Positions 26,844 through 35,274 of a DNA stretch of 51,797 nt are shown here, piece by piece. This stretch comes from an uncultured Ignavibacteriaceae bacterium. Its GTDB lineage: Bacteria > Bacteroidota > Ignavibacteria > UBA10030 > BY39. The translations under genes and the position numbers were made by a program. The DNA lies in the NCBI GenBank assembly GCA_964437735.1, contig CAYTID010000005.1, positions 1-51,797 on the forward strand, read 5' to 3'. Each line of letters begins with the position of its first letter. Positions within the stretch are counted from its first letter, which is position 1. The notes under the pieces are model-generated. The model searched no databases and was not told the origin of the DNA. It was given only the letters and a program-made list of their open reading frames with translations.

Positions 26844-26854
26844 TTAGTTCTCTG

Positions 26855-28723
26855 CTAATTGCTATCGTTTATCATCTCAATTTTTAAGACAAAATTTTTA
26901 AAAACCTTGATAGCTTCTTTTTCATTTTCACCGAGTTCGTAATTAAATCCTTCGAGATATTCTTTGGTTTCCGTAATTGATAAACCTAATTCTTCACCGT
27001 GCTGTTTGCCGATCATTTCGAGATTATTAAGTCCTTTTGAGAGTGATTTCTTTATTTCATCAATAAATTTATCACGGTTCGTGAATTTTTTATTCACCAC
27101 CCAGACGGCGAATACAAAAGGCAGTTTCTGCCAATTATACCATTCCTGCGCAAGGTCATAGACTTTTTCAAATCCTGGTAAACCGGTTTTCATATGAGAT
27201 AAAGCCTCATCGCCAATCATAAGTACTGCATCATAAATATTATAATCAGTCTCGTGCTGAATCATTCTTTCAAATTCAGTTGTAACACGATATTTTTTCA
27301 ACAACAATACTTGCAATAATTTTACCGATGTTGAAGTATCATCAACTATTCCAATTTTTTTATCCTGAAGATCATTCCAATCGAATTTTGAAAACAAAAG
27401 AACGCTTTTAACCTTTTCACCTGCCGCTATGCACCAATTCAGCAGATCTAAATTATCTTCCTGATCAAAATAATCCATCAGTGATATCAGACCCGCTTCT
27501 ATTTCTTCCCTTTTAAAAAGTTGTCCGAGTCGCCGGGGATTTATTGGAATAATTTTGAATGAATCATTATTCAGATAATTGTAAAAGGGAACTGAATTTA
27601 AATAAGGAATTTTTCCGATTAAATTTTTCCCATAGATTTTGATCGGATTATAAAAAACATCGCGCTCAACGGGAACTTTCCCTGAATCGGTAATAATTTT
27701 TATTATTTGATCTTCCGCTAATTTCTTCGGACTGACAGCCCCGGCATCGTGTGCTATTCGTTCTTCACCAACCGTTCCGTCAATGTCATCAGCCCCGAAG
27801 TTTAATGCAACTGCAGCAACTTCTTCCGTTAGCATCACCCAATATGCTTTAATATGTGGAAAATTATCAAGCATCAATCGCGATATTGCAATCGTTTTTA
27901 AATCATCAACAGCAGATGTGTGATCACCGGGAAGTTTTATTCCTGTATTCCCGGGCTGAAATGCCAGCGGTATAAAAGTTAAAAAACCACCTGTCTCATC
28001 CTGTGCTTCACGTAATTTTATTAAATGAATTATTCTTTCCTCAATTGTTTCGATGTGTCCGTAAAGCATTGTTGCATTTGTCGGTATCCCCATACGGTGA
28101 GCGGTTTTGTGAATATCGAGCCAGCCTTTTTCACCGACTTTTTGATGGAATAATTCTTTTCTGACACGCACGGAAAATATTTCAGCCCCTCCTCCGGGCA
28201 TTGTTTTTAGTCCTGCCATTTTCAGCTGCCGGAGAATTTCTTCCACAGACATTTTAAATTTTTTATGGAAGTAATCAATCTCAACAGCGGTATATGCCTT
28301 TACATCTATATTGGGAAATTGTTGATGGATTGATTCCACAATATCAAGATATCTTTCCCATGACCAATCAGCCGGCATACCGCCGGTTATGTGAACCTCT
28401 TTGATGCCATCTGAAAGCTTAGCGATAATTTCCTCGGTGGTCATTTCATACGAACCGGTTTCCCCATTTTTCTTTGCAAAGTCACAAAATTTGCAGGAGA
28501 GAACACAAATGTTTGTATGTTCAATTTTTCTGTTGAGAACAAAATAAACCGCATCGCCGCTCTTCCGGAACTTTACTGCATCCGCCATTTTACCAAGCGA
28601 TATTAAATCATTGCTTCGGTAAAGGATTAAACCATCCTCAAGAGATAGTCGCTGTCCGTTCTGAATTTTTTCCCAGACAGGAACTAAAGATTCATCTTTA
28701 AATATTATATCGATATTCAACAT
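26855..28723 (-). CDS. fusion protein: radical-SAM MqnE/MqnC-family domain (probably aminofutalosine synthase MqnE) plus C-terminal MqnA (chorismate dehydratase)-like domain
   Basis: Residues 1 to ~365: HTNICVLSCKFCDF, GGGAEIF, ATMLYGH, GADDIDGTVGEERIAHDAGA. Residues ~370-622: IGKIPYLNSVPFYNYL, VLMIGDEAL, DLAQEWYNWQKLPFVFAVWVV, which are typical MqnA motifs. Confidence 0.75.
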   Translation of the reverse strand: MLNIDIIFKDESLVPVWEKIQNGQRLSLEDGLILYRSNDLISLGKMADAVKFRKSGDAVYFVLNRKIEHTNICVLSCKFCDFAKKNGETGSYEMTTEEIIAKLSDGIKEVHITGGMPADWSWERYLDIVESIHQQFPNIDVKAYTAVEIDYFHKKFKMSVEEILRQLKMAGLKTMPGGGAEIFSVRVRKELFHQKVGEKGWLDIHKTAHRMGIPTNATMLYGHIETIEERIIHLIKLREAQDETGGFLTFIPLAFQPGNTGIKLPGDHTSAVDDLKTIAISRLMLDNFPHIKAYWVMLTEEVAAVALNFGADDIDGTVGEERIAHDAGAVSPKKLAEDQIIKIITDSGKVPVERDVFYNPIKIYGKNLIGKIPYLNSVPFYNYLNNDSFKIIPINPRRLGQLFKREEIEAGLISLMDYFDQEDNLDLLNWCIAAGEKVKSVLLFSKFDWNDLQDKKIGIVDDTSTSVKLLQVLLLKKYRVTTEFERMIQHETDYNIYDAVLMIGDEALSHMKTGLPGFEKVYDLAQEWYNWQKLPFVFAVWVVNKKFTNRDKFIDEIKKSLSKGLNNLEMIGKQHGEELGLSITETKEYLEGFNYELGENEKEAIKVFKNFVLKIEMINDSN

Positions 28724-28827
28724 TACTTTTTATATTAAATATTAAAAATGAAATATTAAAATCACAAATAAAAAATTAAAAATATTTTCATTTTGATCTG
28801 TAATTTTGATTGTTAATATTTGATTTT

Positions 28828-30681
28828 TTATTTGAAATATTTTCCCCACTTCTCATCAACCAACTTGATTATATTGTCATCCATAAGAAGCGGTTCCTGA
28901 TAACCCGGTTTCCAAATCGCATCAATACCCATAACACCGGAATAGACAGGTGAAATTCCGACAAGTTTTTGTTCAGTAAAAATCACATCACGTTCGCAAT
29001 CAAATCGCGTAAAAATTCCCCAGATATAATTTTCTTTATCATGTATATCCACATCCTCGCTAACCATCGCAATTATTTTGAGTGTAGAGAGTTCCGGAAG
29101 TGCTACAAGTTTTTCAAGAATAATTCTACCTGTAGATAAAGTCGGATTATTGGAGTACTGGATTATTGGAGTATTATCTTTCTTTTGTAATGTATTTATC
29201 TTTACTATTAGTATTGTATTATCGATGAGATTAACGTCTGATATTTGGTTGTCGAGAGCATAGAGCATAGATCGCAGTGAATTCAGATCAAAATTGTTAT
29301 TCTCTCTGATCTTGGCTTGCTGCTCCTCGCTCATAGTTCTTGACTTCTTACAGGCATCAATCACCATTTTGCTTCCTAAATTCATTTTGTAACTTGTAAA
29401 ATCGAGAGTATCTAACGGGACTTTCGGTATCATAATAAAATCATAGTGCGGATCGAAGTTTTTCCGGATTGCTTCTACGACTGCATTCCAGTTCCTCGGA
29501 TCAACTCCAGCAGAAACAGTGATTACACATTTTGTCAATGAAAGCTGCCCCTCTCCCATAATAGACATAGCGGTTTTAGCAGCTTCCTTCGCATAGCGCT
29601 CTTCTATTTCAACCACCAAAAAATTATGGAAACCGGCTTCGTAATAAGCCCACAAACTTTTTATTTCGGGATGCATAAGACGAATTAACGGACCTAAAAT
29701 CTGCTGAGTCGCATCTCCTAAAAATTTATCCTCCATCGGCGGTTTGCCGACGACTGTCCCGGGATATATCGGATTTTTTCTGTGTGTAATTGCACTTAAT
29801 CGAAAAACCGGGAAATTAGAAGCTGCAGAGTAATGTCCGAAATGATCTCCGAAAGGTCCTTCTAATTTCGATTCTGTCGGATGAACTTTTCCTTCCAAAA
29901 TAAACTCAGCATTCGAGGGCACATCAATTGAAAGAGTTTTTGCTTTTGTCATTCCAATTCTTGAACCGCGTAAAAATCCTGCAAACATTACTTCATCAAT
30001 TCCTTCAGGTAATGCTGCCACGCTTGCCAGAAGTAGTGCAGGATCACTACCCAAAATCACTGCAAGTTCCAAATCATTATTTAATTTCTGCGCTTGAAAA
30101 TAATGAAATCCTCCCCCCTTCTGTATCTGCCAGTGCATTCCTGTCGATGTATCATCAAAAACCTGCATACGGTACACTCCGACATTTCTTTTTCCGGTGA
30201 TTGGATCATACGTCATTACCTGTCCCAAAGTAAAAAATCTTCCTCCGTCTTTCGGCCAGCAATGCTGAACCGGTAAATCTGATAATTTGGGTGTTTCAAC
30301 TACTTCCTGAGAAAATCCGCTTGAAAATTTTGGTCGTGAAGACAATAACCTTCTCACGATTGGTTTTTGGTCGAGTAAAAATTTTAGTCGAGGTGGAACT
30401 ACCTGTTCCATAAAATGAATAAGTTTCTGACCCAGATCTTCGGGATGCATCCCGAGTGCAAGCTCGATTCGCTTTTCACTTGCAAGAATATTCATTGCAA
30501 GGGGATATTTTGCGCCTTTGGGTTTTTCAAATAATAATGCAGGTTTATTTTGTTTAAGTGCCCGGATAGCAATTTCTGTGGATTCTAAAACCGGATCAAT
30601 TTCAAAATTCACTCGTTGGAGTTCTCCGGTGGATTCGAGATAAGTGAGGAATTCACCAAGCGCAGGAAACTGATTTTTCAT
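28828..30681 (-). CDS. UbiD-family decarboxylase (menaquinone-pathway type, MqnL-like)
   Basis: UbiD motifs (GVYRMQV, HWQIQKGG, GPFGDHFGHYS). Start set at the ATG at 30681, which makes an ATGA overlap with the ubiX stop and has GGAGG 8 nt upstream. The track ORF extends to 30702. Confidence 0.85.
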   Translation of the reverse strand: MKNQFPALGEFLTYLESTGELQRVNFEIDPVLESTEIAIRALKQNKPALLFEKPKGAKYPLAMNILASEKRIELALGMHPEDLGQKLIHFMEQVVPPRLKFLLDQKPIVRRLLSSRPKFSSGFSQEVVETPKLSDLPVQHCWPKDGGRFFTLGQVMTYDPITGKRNVGVYRMQVFDDTSTGMHWQIQKGGGFHYFQAQKLNNDLELAVILGSDPALLLASVAALPEGIDEVMFAGFLRGSRIGMTKAKTLSIDVPSNAEFILEGKVHPTESKLEGPFGDHFGHYSAASNFPVFRLSAITHRKNPIYPGTVVGKPPMEDKFLGDATQQILGPLIRLMHPEIKSLWAYYEAGFHNFLVVEIEERYAKEAAKTAMSIMGEGQLSLTKCVITVSAGVDPRNWNAVVEAIRKNFDPHYDFIMIPKVPLDTLDFTSYKMNLGSKMVIDACKKSRTMSEEQQAKIRENNNFDLNSLRSMLYALDNQISDVNLIDNTILIVKINTLQKKDNTPIIQYSNNPTLSTGRIILEKLVALPELSTLKIIAMVSEDVDIHDKENYIWGIFTRFDCERDVIFTEQKLVGISPVYSGVMGIDAIWKPGYQEPLLMDDNIIKLVDEKWGKYFK

Positions 30682-31229
30682 TCCAGTTCCTCCGATCGCC
30701 ATCCTTTATAATTCGATATTCCTAAAACCGAATTCAATTTTTCAACAAAGGCATTTACATAATCATCGACAGTTTTCGGGAGAAAATACATCGGCGGAGA
30801 GATCGGCATAATTATTACACCGGCTCTCGAGAGTCGGGCACATTGCTCGAGTGTTATTGTTGAAAGCGGTGTTTCTCTTAAACACAATACAAGTTTAAAT
30901 CTCTCCTTCATCGCAACCTGAGACATTCTTGTAATCAATGAATCACCAATACCCGAAGCGATTTTCCCAAGAGTAGAAGTACTGCAAGGGATAATTACAA
31001 CAGCATCTAATTTATTAGTTCCGGAAGAAAGCGGAGCTGCTAAATCTTCATCAGAAAATATTTTCTTAACGAAGGGTTTCAGCTGTTCCTCTGTAATTCC
31101 CAGTTCATCATTAAGTAAAACCTTTCCCCATTTACTTAGAACAACATATTTATCTGCTTCACATTTTTTTAAAAACTCTAAGGCATAGACAGCACCTGAA
31201 GAACCGGTAATACCTACGGCAATTTTCAT
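30678..31229 (-). CDS. ubiX: flavin prenyltransferase UbiX family
   Basis: 183 aa. IAVGITGSSGAVYA, PCSTSTLGKIASG, RETPLS motifs. Confidence 0.9.
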   Translation of the reverse strand: MKIAVGITGSSGAVYALEFLKKCEADKYVVLSKWGKVLLNDELGITEEQLKPFVKKIFSDEDLAAPLSSGTNKLDAVVIIPCSTSTLGKIASGIGDSLITRMSQVAMKERFKLVLCLRETPLSTITLEQCARLSRAGVIIMPISPPMYFLPKTVDDYVNAFVEKLNSVLGISNYKGWRSEELE

Positions 31230-32146
31230 AGTGTAATTCCTTTCATCAAAACCATTAGTAAAACTACAAAACCAATTACTGCATTTATCTTGAAAAATGC
31301 CAGTTCAATATCCGATGATTTTTTTTGTTCAAGATATAATAGAAATCCTGCGATTAACAAAAAAGGCAACGCAATCAAATTGTTAATCGATAATATGAAT
31401 AATATTAATAAAACAAGAAAAGAGGCAATATGTAACGCTGCGGAAATTTTTAATGCTTTCTTTGAACCAAAACGAGAGGGAAAAGAAAACAAACCTGCTT
31501 TTTTATCGAACTCCTCATCCATAGTAGAATAAATTACATCAAATCCTGTTGCCCAGAACAAGGTGAATAACGAAATCAAGATTCCCGGAAATATATCATC
31601 AAAACTGTTTTTCACGGCAAACCATCCACCCAACGGAGCCATTGATAAACCTAAACCAACTCCAAAATGAGCGAATACCGTATATCGTTTTGCATATGGA
31701 TAGAGTAAAAAAATCACCAATGGTATCGGTGAAAGTAAAAAACAAAACCAGGAGATGTAATAAGCGGAAAAAAAATAAATTAACAAGCCAAGCGACAAAA
31801 CCAGACTCGCATCTCTGAACGACATTCGACCTGCCGGAATTTCACGTTCGTTCGTTCTGAGGTTGTGTTTATCGATTTCTGCATCAATTATCCTGTTCAG
31901 AGACATCGCAACCGTCCGTGCGCCAATGGCAGCGAGTAAAACTAAAATAAGTAATAATACAGAAGGAACTTCATCGGCTGCCAGGAATACCCCGGCATAG
32001 ATCAAAGGTAATGAAAAAAGTGTGTGTTCAATTTTTATAAACCGTAAATATTTTTTCAAGATATCATTCCAATATTTTTTTCTTTTTAACTTTATATTGT
32101 TTTGAAGGTTCTTCAACCCGAAAACCAATCTGTCGCCTCGGTGCAT
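31226..32146 (-). CDS. UbiA-family aromatic prenyltransferase (MqnP-like)
   Basis: [23 protein letters not shown] (NxxxDxxxD), a second Asp-rich motif region, about 8 transmembrane helices. The 5' 83 nt of the track ORF overlap the ORF6N gene, so the true start is uncertain. Confidence 0.85.
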   Translation of the reverse strand: MHRGDRLVFGLKNLQNNIKLKRKKYWNDILKKYLRFIKIEHTLFSLPLIYAGVFLAADEVPSVLLLILVLLAAIGARTVAMSLNRIIDAEIDKHNLRTNEREIPAGRMSFRDASLVLSLGLLIYFFSAYYISWFCFLLSPIPLVIFLLYPYAKRYTVFAHFGVGLGLSMAPLGGWFAVKNSFDDIFPGILISLFTLFWATGFDVIYSTMDEEFDKKAGLFSFPSRFGSKKALKISAALHIASFLVLLILFILSINNLIALPFLLIAGFLLYLEQKKSSDIELAFFKINAVIGFVVLLMVLMKGITL

Positions 32147-32618
32147 TTGGAGGTGCCATTAGTTGACGAATAGCTTCAAAAACAACTCTGAATTGAGAAT
32201 CATATTTACTTTCTAACTCTTTTAATTTTTTTGTTAATTCTTTATGAGTTGAAACAATTTCCCGTAATTTAACAAAAGCCCGCATAATTTCAATATTTAC
32301 TAGTATGGCCCTTTTACTTTTTAATACAGAGGACAGCATTGCAACTCCCTGTTCAGTAAAAGTATAAGGAAGATATCTCGCACCACCCCAACTTGAGGTG
32401 CCAAAATGGAACCTCAAGTTTTCGAATTCTTCCTGTGTCAGTTCAAAGCAAAAATCATTAGGAAAACGATCACTATTTCTTTTGACTGCCCGTTTAATAA
32501 CCTTTGTTTCTACCTCATAAAGATCAGCTATGTGAAAGTCCATTAAAACTTTCTGACCCCTAATCAAAATTATTCTCCTTTCGATAACCTCTTGCAAGTA
32601 TAATTCACGTCTTCCCAT
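32064..32618 (-). CDS. ORF6N-domain (KilA-N-like DNA-binding) protein
   Basis: [50 protein letters not shown]...[25 protein letters not shown] is the ORF6N pattern. Start placed at the ATG at 32618. The TTG-initiated extension to 32711 looks like the remnant tail of the neighbouring decayed copy. Confidence 0.75.
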   Translation of the reverse strand: MGRRELYLQEVIERRIILIRGQKVLMDFHIADLYEVETKVIKRAVKRNSDRFPNDFCFELTQEEFENLRFHFGTSSWGGARYLPYTFTEQGVAMLSSVLKSKRAILVNIEIMRAFVKLREIVSTHKELTKKLKELESKYDSQFRVVFEAIRQLMAPPNAPRRQIGFRVEEPSKQYKVKKKKILE

Positions 32619-32667
32619 ATAGTTTTTCCCTTTTAGTTTTTTTCTCTGTGGATTAACCGGGGCCGCA

Positions 32668-33112
32668 TTAATTGCCGAATTGAGCATCAAATTTCTGATC
32701 TGATTCTTCAAGTTTCCTTGCCAGGGCTTTGTGGGTCAAAAGTAATTCTCTGAGTCTAACAAATGCTCGCATTATTTCAATATTAACTTGAACTGCTCGC
32801 TCACTTCTGAGAATTGAAGATTGCATAACAACTCCTTGTTCAGTAAAGCCAAATGGTAAATACCTTCTTCCTCCTCTTCCAATTTTTGAGGATGCAAATT
32901 GCGACCTCAAAACTTTGTACTCCTCTGCAGTTAATTCGAACATTAAATCACTTGGGAATCGCTTTATATTACGTCTGACTTGTTCTTTTAACCTCTTAGC
33001 AGTGACCCCATATAAAAAGTACTAAATGATAATCAAGCATTGCCTTTTGACTACGCAAAAACAGAATTCTTTTTTCAATAATTTCCTGCAATAATATTTG
33101 TACATTTTTCAT
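32668..33112 (-). pseudogene. decayed second ORF6N-domain gene (frameshifted, C-terminally deleted)
   Basis: ATG at 33112 with GGAGG upstream gives MKNVQILLQEIIEKRILFLRSQKAMLDYHLVLF, which then hits a stop. One base out of frame (around 33013-33018) it continues YGVTAKRLKEQVRRNIKRFPSDLMFELTAEEYK..., which is the track ORF 32668-32943. The tail after KFDAQF is shortened and shifted relative to the intact copy. Confidence 0.65.
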
Positions 33113-33294
33113 TACTTCCTCCCTTTTTTATCATTATTAAGATCTACTTCCTATCGGAGAATTCGATGTATGTGCTATTTTTTCAAATTAACTGTTCAAT
33201 CTACTTCTCAACCAAATTGATAAATTATGAGGATGAATCTCAGAATTAACACTATAAATATAGGAAAATTCGCTTAATAATGCTTTTAAAAATA

Positions 33295-33549
33295 TTATTC
33301 TGTCAGATGGGAATTATCAGCATTAGTAATAATTTCAATTGCAATTTCAGCATCAATCTTCGAAACATAAATTTTTATCGGACCGATCAATACGTTATAT
33401 CCGGTTCCGATTACTCCCGCACCAAACAGGTTTTGAAGTTCAGCATTCTTTGCATAAAATTTTATATCCGCAGATTCCAATAATGAACTGCACCATAAAT
33501 AATCAGTATATGATTCAGCAGTATAAACTAATTTTAAATCGCTTTCCAT
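33295..33549 (-). CDS. DUF2007-like small protein (putative signal-transducing, PII-like fold)
   Basis: 84 aa. LVYTAESYTDYLWCSSLLESADIKFYAKN...PIKIYVSKIDAEIAIEII matches the DUF2007 pattern as I remember it. Confidence 0.55.
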   Translation of the reverse strand: MESDLKLVYTAESYTDYLWCSSLLESADIKFYAKNAELQNLFGAGVIGTGYNVLIGPIKIYVSKIDAEIAIEIITNADNSHLTE

Positions 33550-33561
33550 ATTTCTTCTCCG

Positions 33562-35253
33562 TTAATTATCTGAATATTCACCCCATACCTTACGTAATGT
33601 ATCGGAAATTTCTCCGATTGTAGCATATTCCTCAACAGCGTCAAGAATTAAGGGGAGTAAATTTTCCTCCGAAGATGCGGCTTTCGCTAATGCATCAAGG
33701 GAGCGTGATACATTTTCCGGATTGCGACGATTACGTATTTCTGAAATCTTTTGTATCTGGCGTTTGTGGACACTTTGATCGATTTTCAGAATCTCCGGTT
33801 GAATGGATTCCTGCGTGATAAAGTCATTTACCCCAACTATAATTTTATCTTTGCGTTCTATTTGCTTTTGATATTCGTAAGCACTGTTTGCTATTTCGTT
33901 CTGATAAAATTTATTTTCGATTGCCTTTACAGCACCTCCCAAAGTATCAATTTTCGTTATGTATTCGGTGGCTTTCTTTTCAATTTCATCCGTAAGTTTT
34001 TCGATATAATACGAGCCGCCAAGCGGATCGATAGTATCCGGTACGCCGCTTTCATTAGCAATTACCTGCTGAGTACGCAAAGCAATTCTGACTGAATCTT
34101 CCGTGGGTAATGCCAATGCCTCATCTCTGCTGTTTGTGTGCAATGATTGACAACCTCCCAGCACAGCGGCAAGAGCTTGTAAAGTAACGCGTACCACATT
34201 GTTATCAATTTGTTGAGCAGTTAAAGTTGAACCTGCCGTCTGGGCGTGGAATCTCAGCTTCATCGATTCAGGATTTTTTGCCCCGAATCTGCCGCGCATA
34301 ATTTTTGCCCATAACCGGCGGGCAGCCCGGAATTTTGCAACTTCTTCAAAAATATTATTGTGAGCATTAAAGAAAAAAGAGAGCTGTGAAGCAAACGTAT
34401 CTACATTAAGTCCGGCATCGACCGCTGCTTGTACGTAAGCAATTCCATTCGCAAGTGTAAATGCAACTTCCTGAACTGCAGTAGAGCCCGCTTCGCGTAT
34501 GTGATAACCGCTTATTGAAATTGTATTCCATCTTGGTAAGTTTTTACTGCACCAGCTAAAAATATCTGTTATTAGACGCATTGAATTTCCCGGCGGATAG
34601 ATATATGTACCCCGGGCAATGTACTCCTTTAATAGATCATTCTGAATAGTACCAGCCAGTTTTGAAATATCTGCTCCTTGTTTTTTTGCGATTGCAATAT
34701 ACATACAAAGGAGTATTGCCGCCGTCGAATTGATTGTCATGGAAGTGGAAATCCGTTCGAGCTCTATCCCATCGAACAATTGTTCCATATCCCGAAGGGA
34801 ATCAATTGCTACGCCAACTTTACCGACTTCTCCTTCAGACATCGGATGATCAGAATCGTAGCCCATCTGAGTCGGCAAATCGAATGCAACCGATAACCCT
34901 GTAGTTCCGTGGTCCAATAGATATCTGTAGCGTTTGTTAGATTCCTCAGCCGAAGCAAATCCTGCATACTGCCGCATCGTCCAAAATTTTCCCCGATACA
35001 TAGTCGGATATACTCCGCGCGTAAATGGATAATCGCCCGGATAACCCAACTCTGTCAGATACTCAATCTCTTCAGGGAAGTAACATTTTTCAATATCGAT
35101 ATCGGAATCAGTTTTAAACTTTTCTTTACGCTCATGTGATTTCTTTAGGAAGGGATTTAATGTCTCATCTTCCCACTTTTTTCTTTTATTTTCCAGATCA
35201 TCTGTCATCTTTTTATCCTGTTTTTTATAATGATAAAATAAAGAAAAGTACAT
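33562..35253 (-). CDS. methylmalonyl-CoA mutase-family large (catalytic TIM-barrel) subunit without a B12-binding domain
   Basis: [77 protein letters not shown]. The likely true start is the ATG at 35208 (MTDDLENK...). Confidence 0.85.
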   Translation of the reverse strand: MYFSLFYHYKKQDKKMTDDLENKRKKWEDETLNPFLKKSHERKEKFKTDSDIDIEKCYFPEEIEYLTELGYPGDYPFTRGVYPTMYRGKFWTMRQYAGFASAEESNKRYRYLLDHGTTGLSVAFDLPTQMGYDSDHPMSEGEVGKVGVAIDSLRDMEQLFDGIELERISTSMTINSTAAILLCMYIAIAKKQGADISKLAGTIQNDLLKEYIARGTYIYPPGNSMRLITDIFSWCSKNLPRWNTISISGYHIREAGSTAVQEVAFTLANGIAYVQAAVDAGLNVDTFASQLSFFFNAHNNIFEEVAKFRAARRLWAKIMRGRFGAKNPESMKLRFHAQTAGSTLTAQQIDNNVVRVTLQALAAVLGGCQSLHTNSRDEALALPTEDSVRIALRTQQVIANESGVPDTIDPLGGSYYIEKLTDEIEKKATEYITKIDTLGGAVKAIENKFYQNEIANSAYEYQKQIERKDKIIVGVNDFITQESIQPEILKIDQSVHKRQIQKISEIRNRRNPENVSRSLDALAKAASSEENLLPLILDAVEEYATIGEISDTLRKVWGEYSDN

Positions 35254-35274
35254 AAGGATTCAAATAAAAATGGA

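Noticed and set aside
28724-28835. AT-rich spacer between the ubiD and mqnE-mqnA genes. It has an imperfect inverted repeat (AAAATGAAATATT ... AATATTTTCATTTT) and TTTGAT motifs phased every 13-14 nt.
   Set aside because: The region has very low complexity. The stems are A/T only, and the repeats are short enough to arise by chance. No supporting context such as a U-tract or conserved box can be seen.
32619-32711. TTG-initiated N-terminal extension of the intact ORF6N ORF ([31 protein letters not shown]).
   Set aside because: The ORF6N domain begins right after the internal ATG at 32618. The extension resembles the displaced C-terminal tail of the neighbouring decayed copy, so it is more likely remnant sequence than coding leader.
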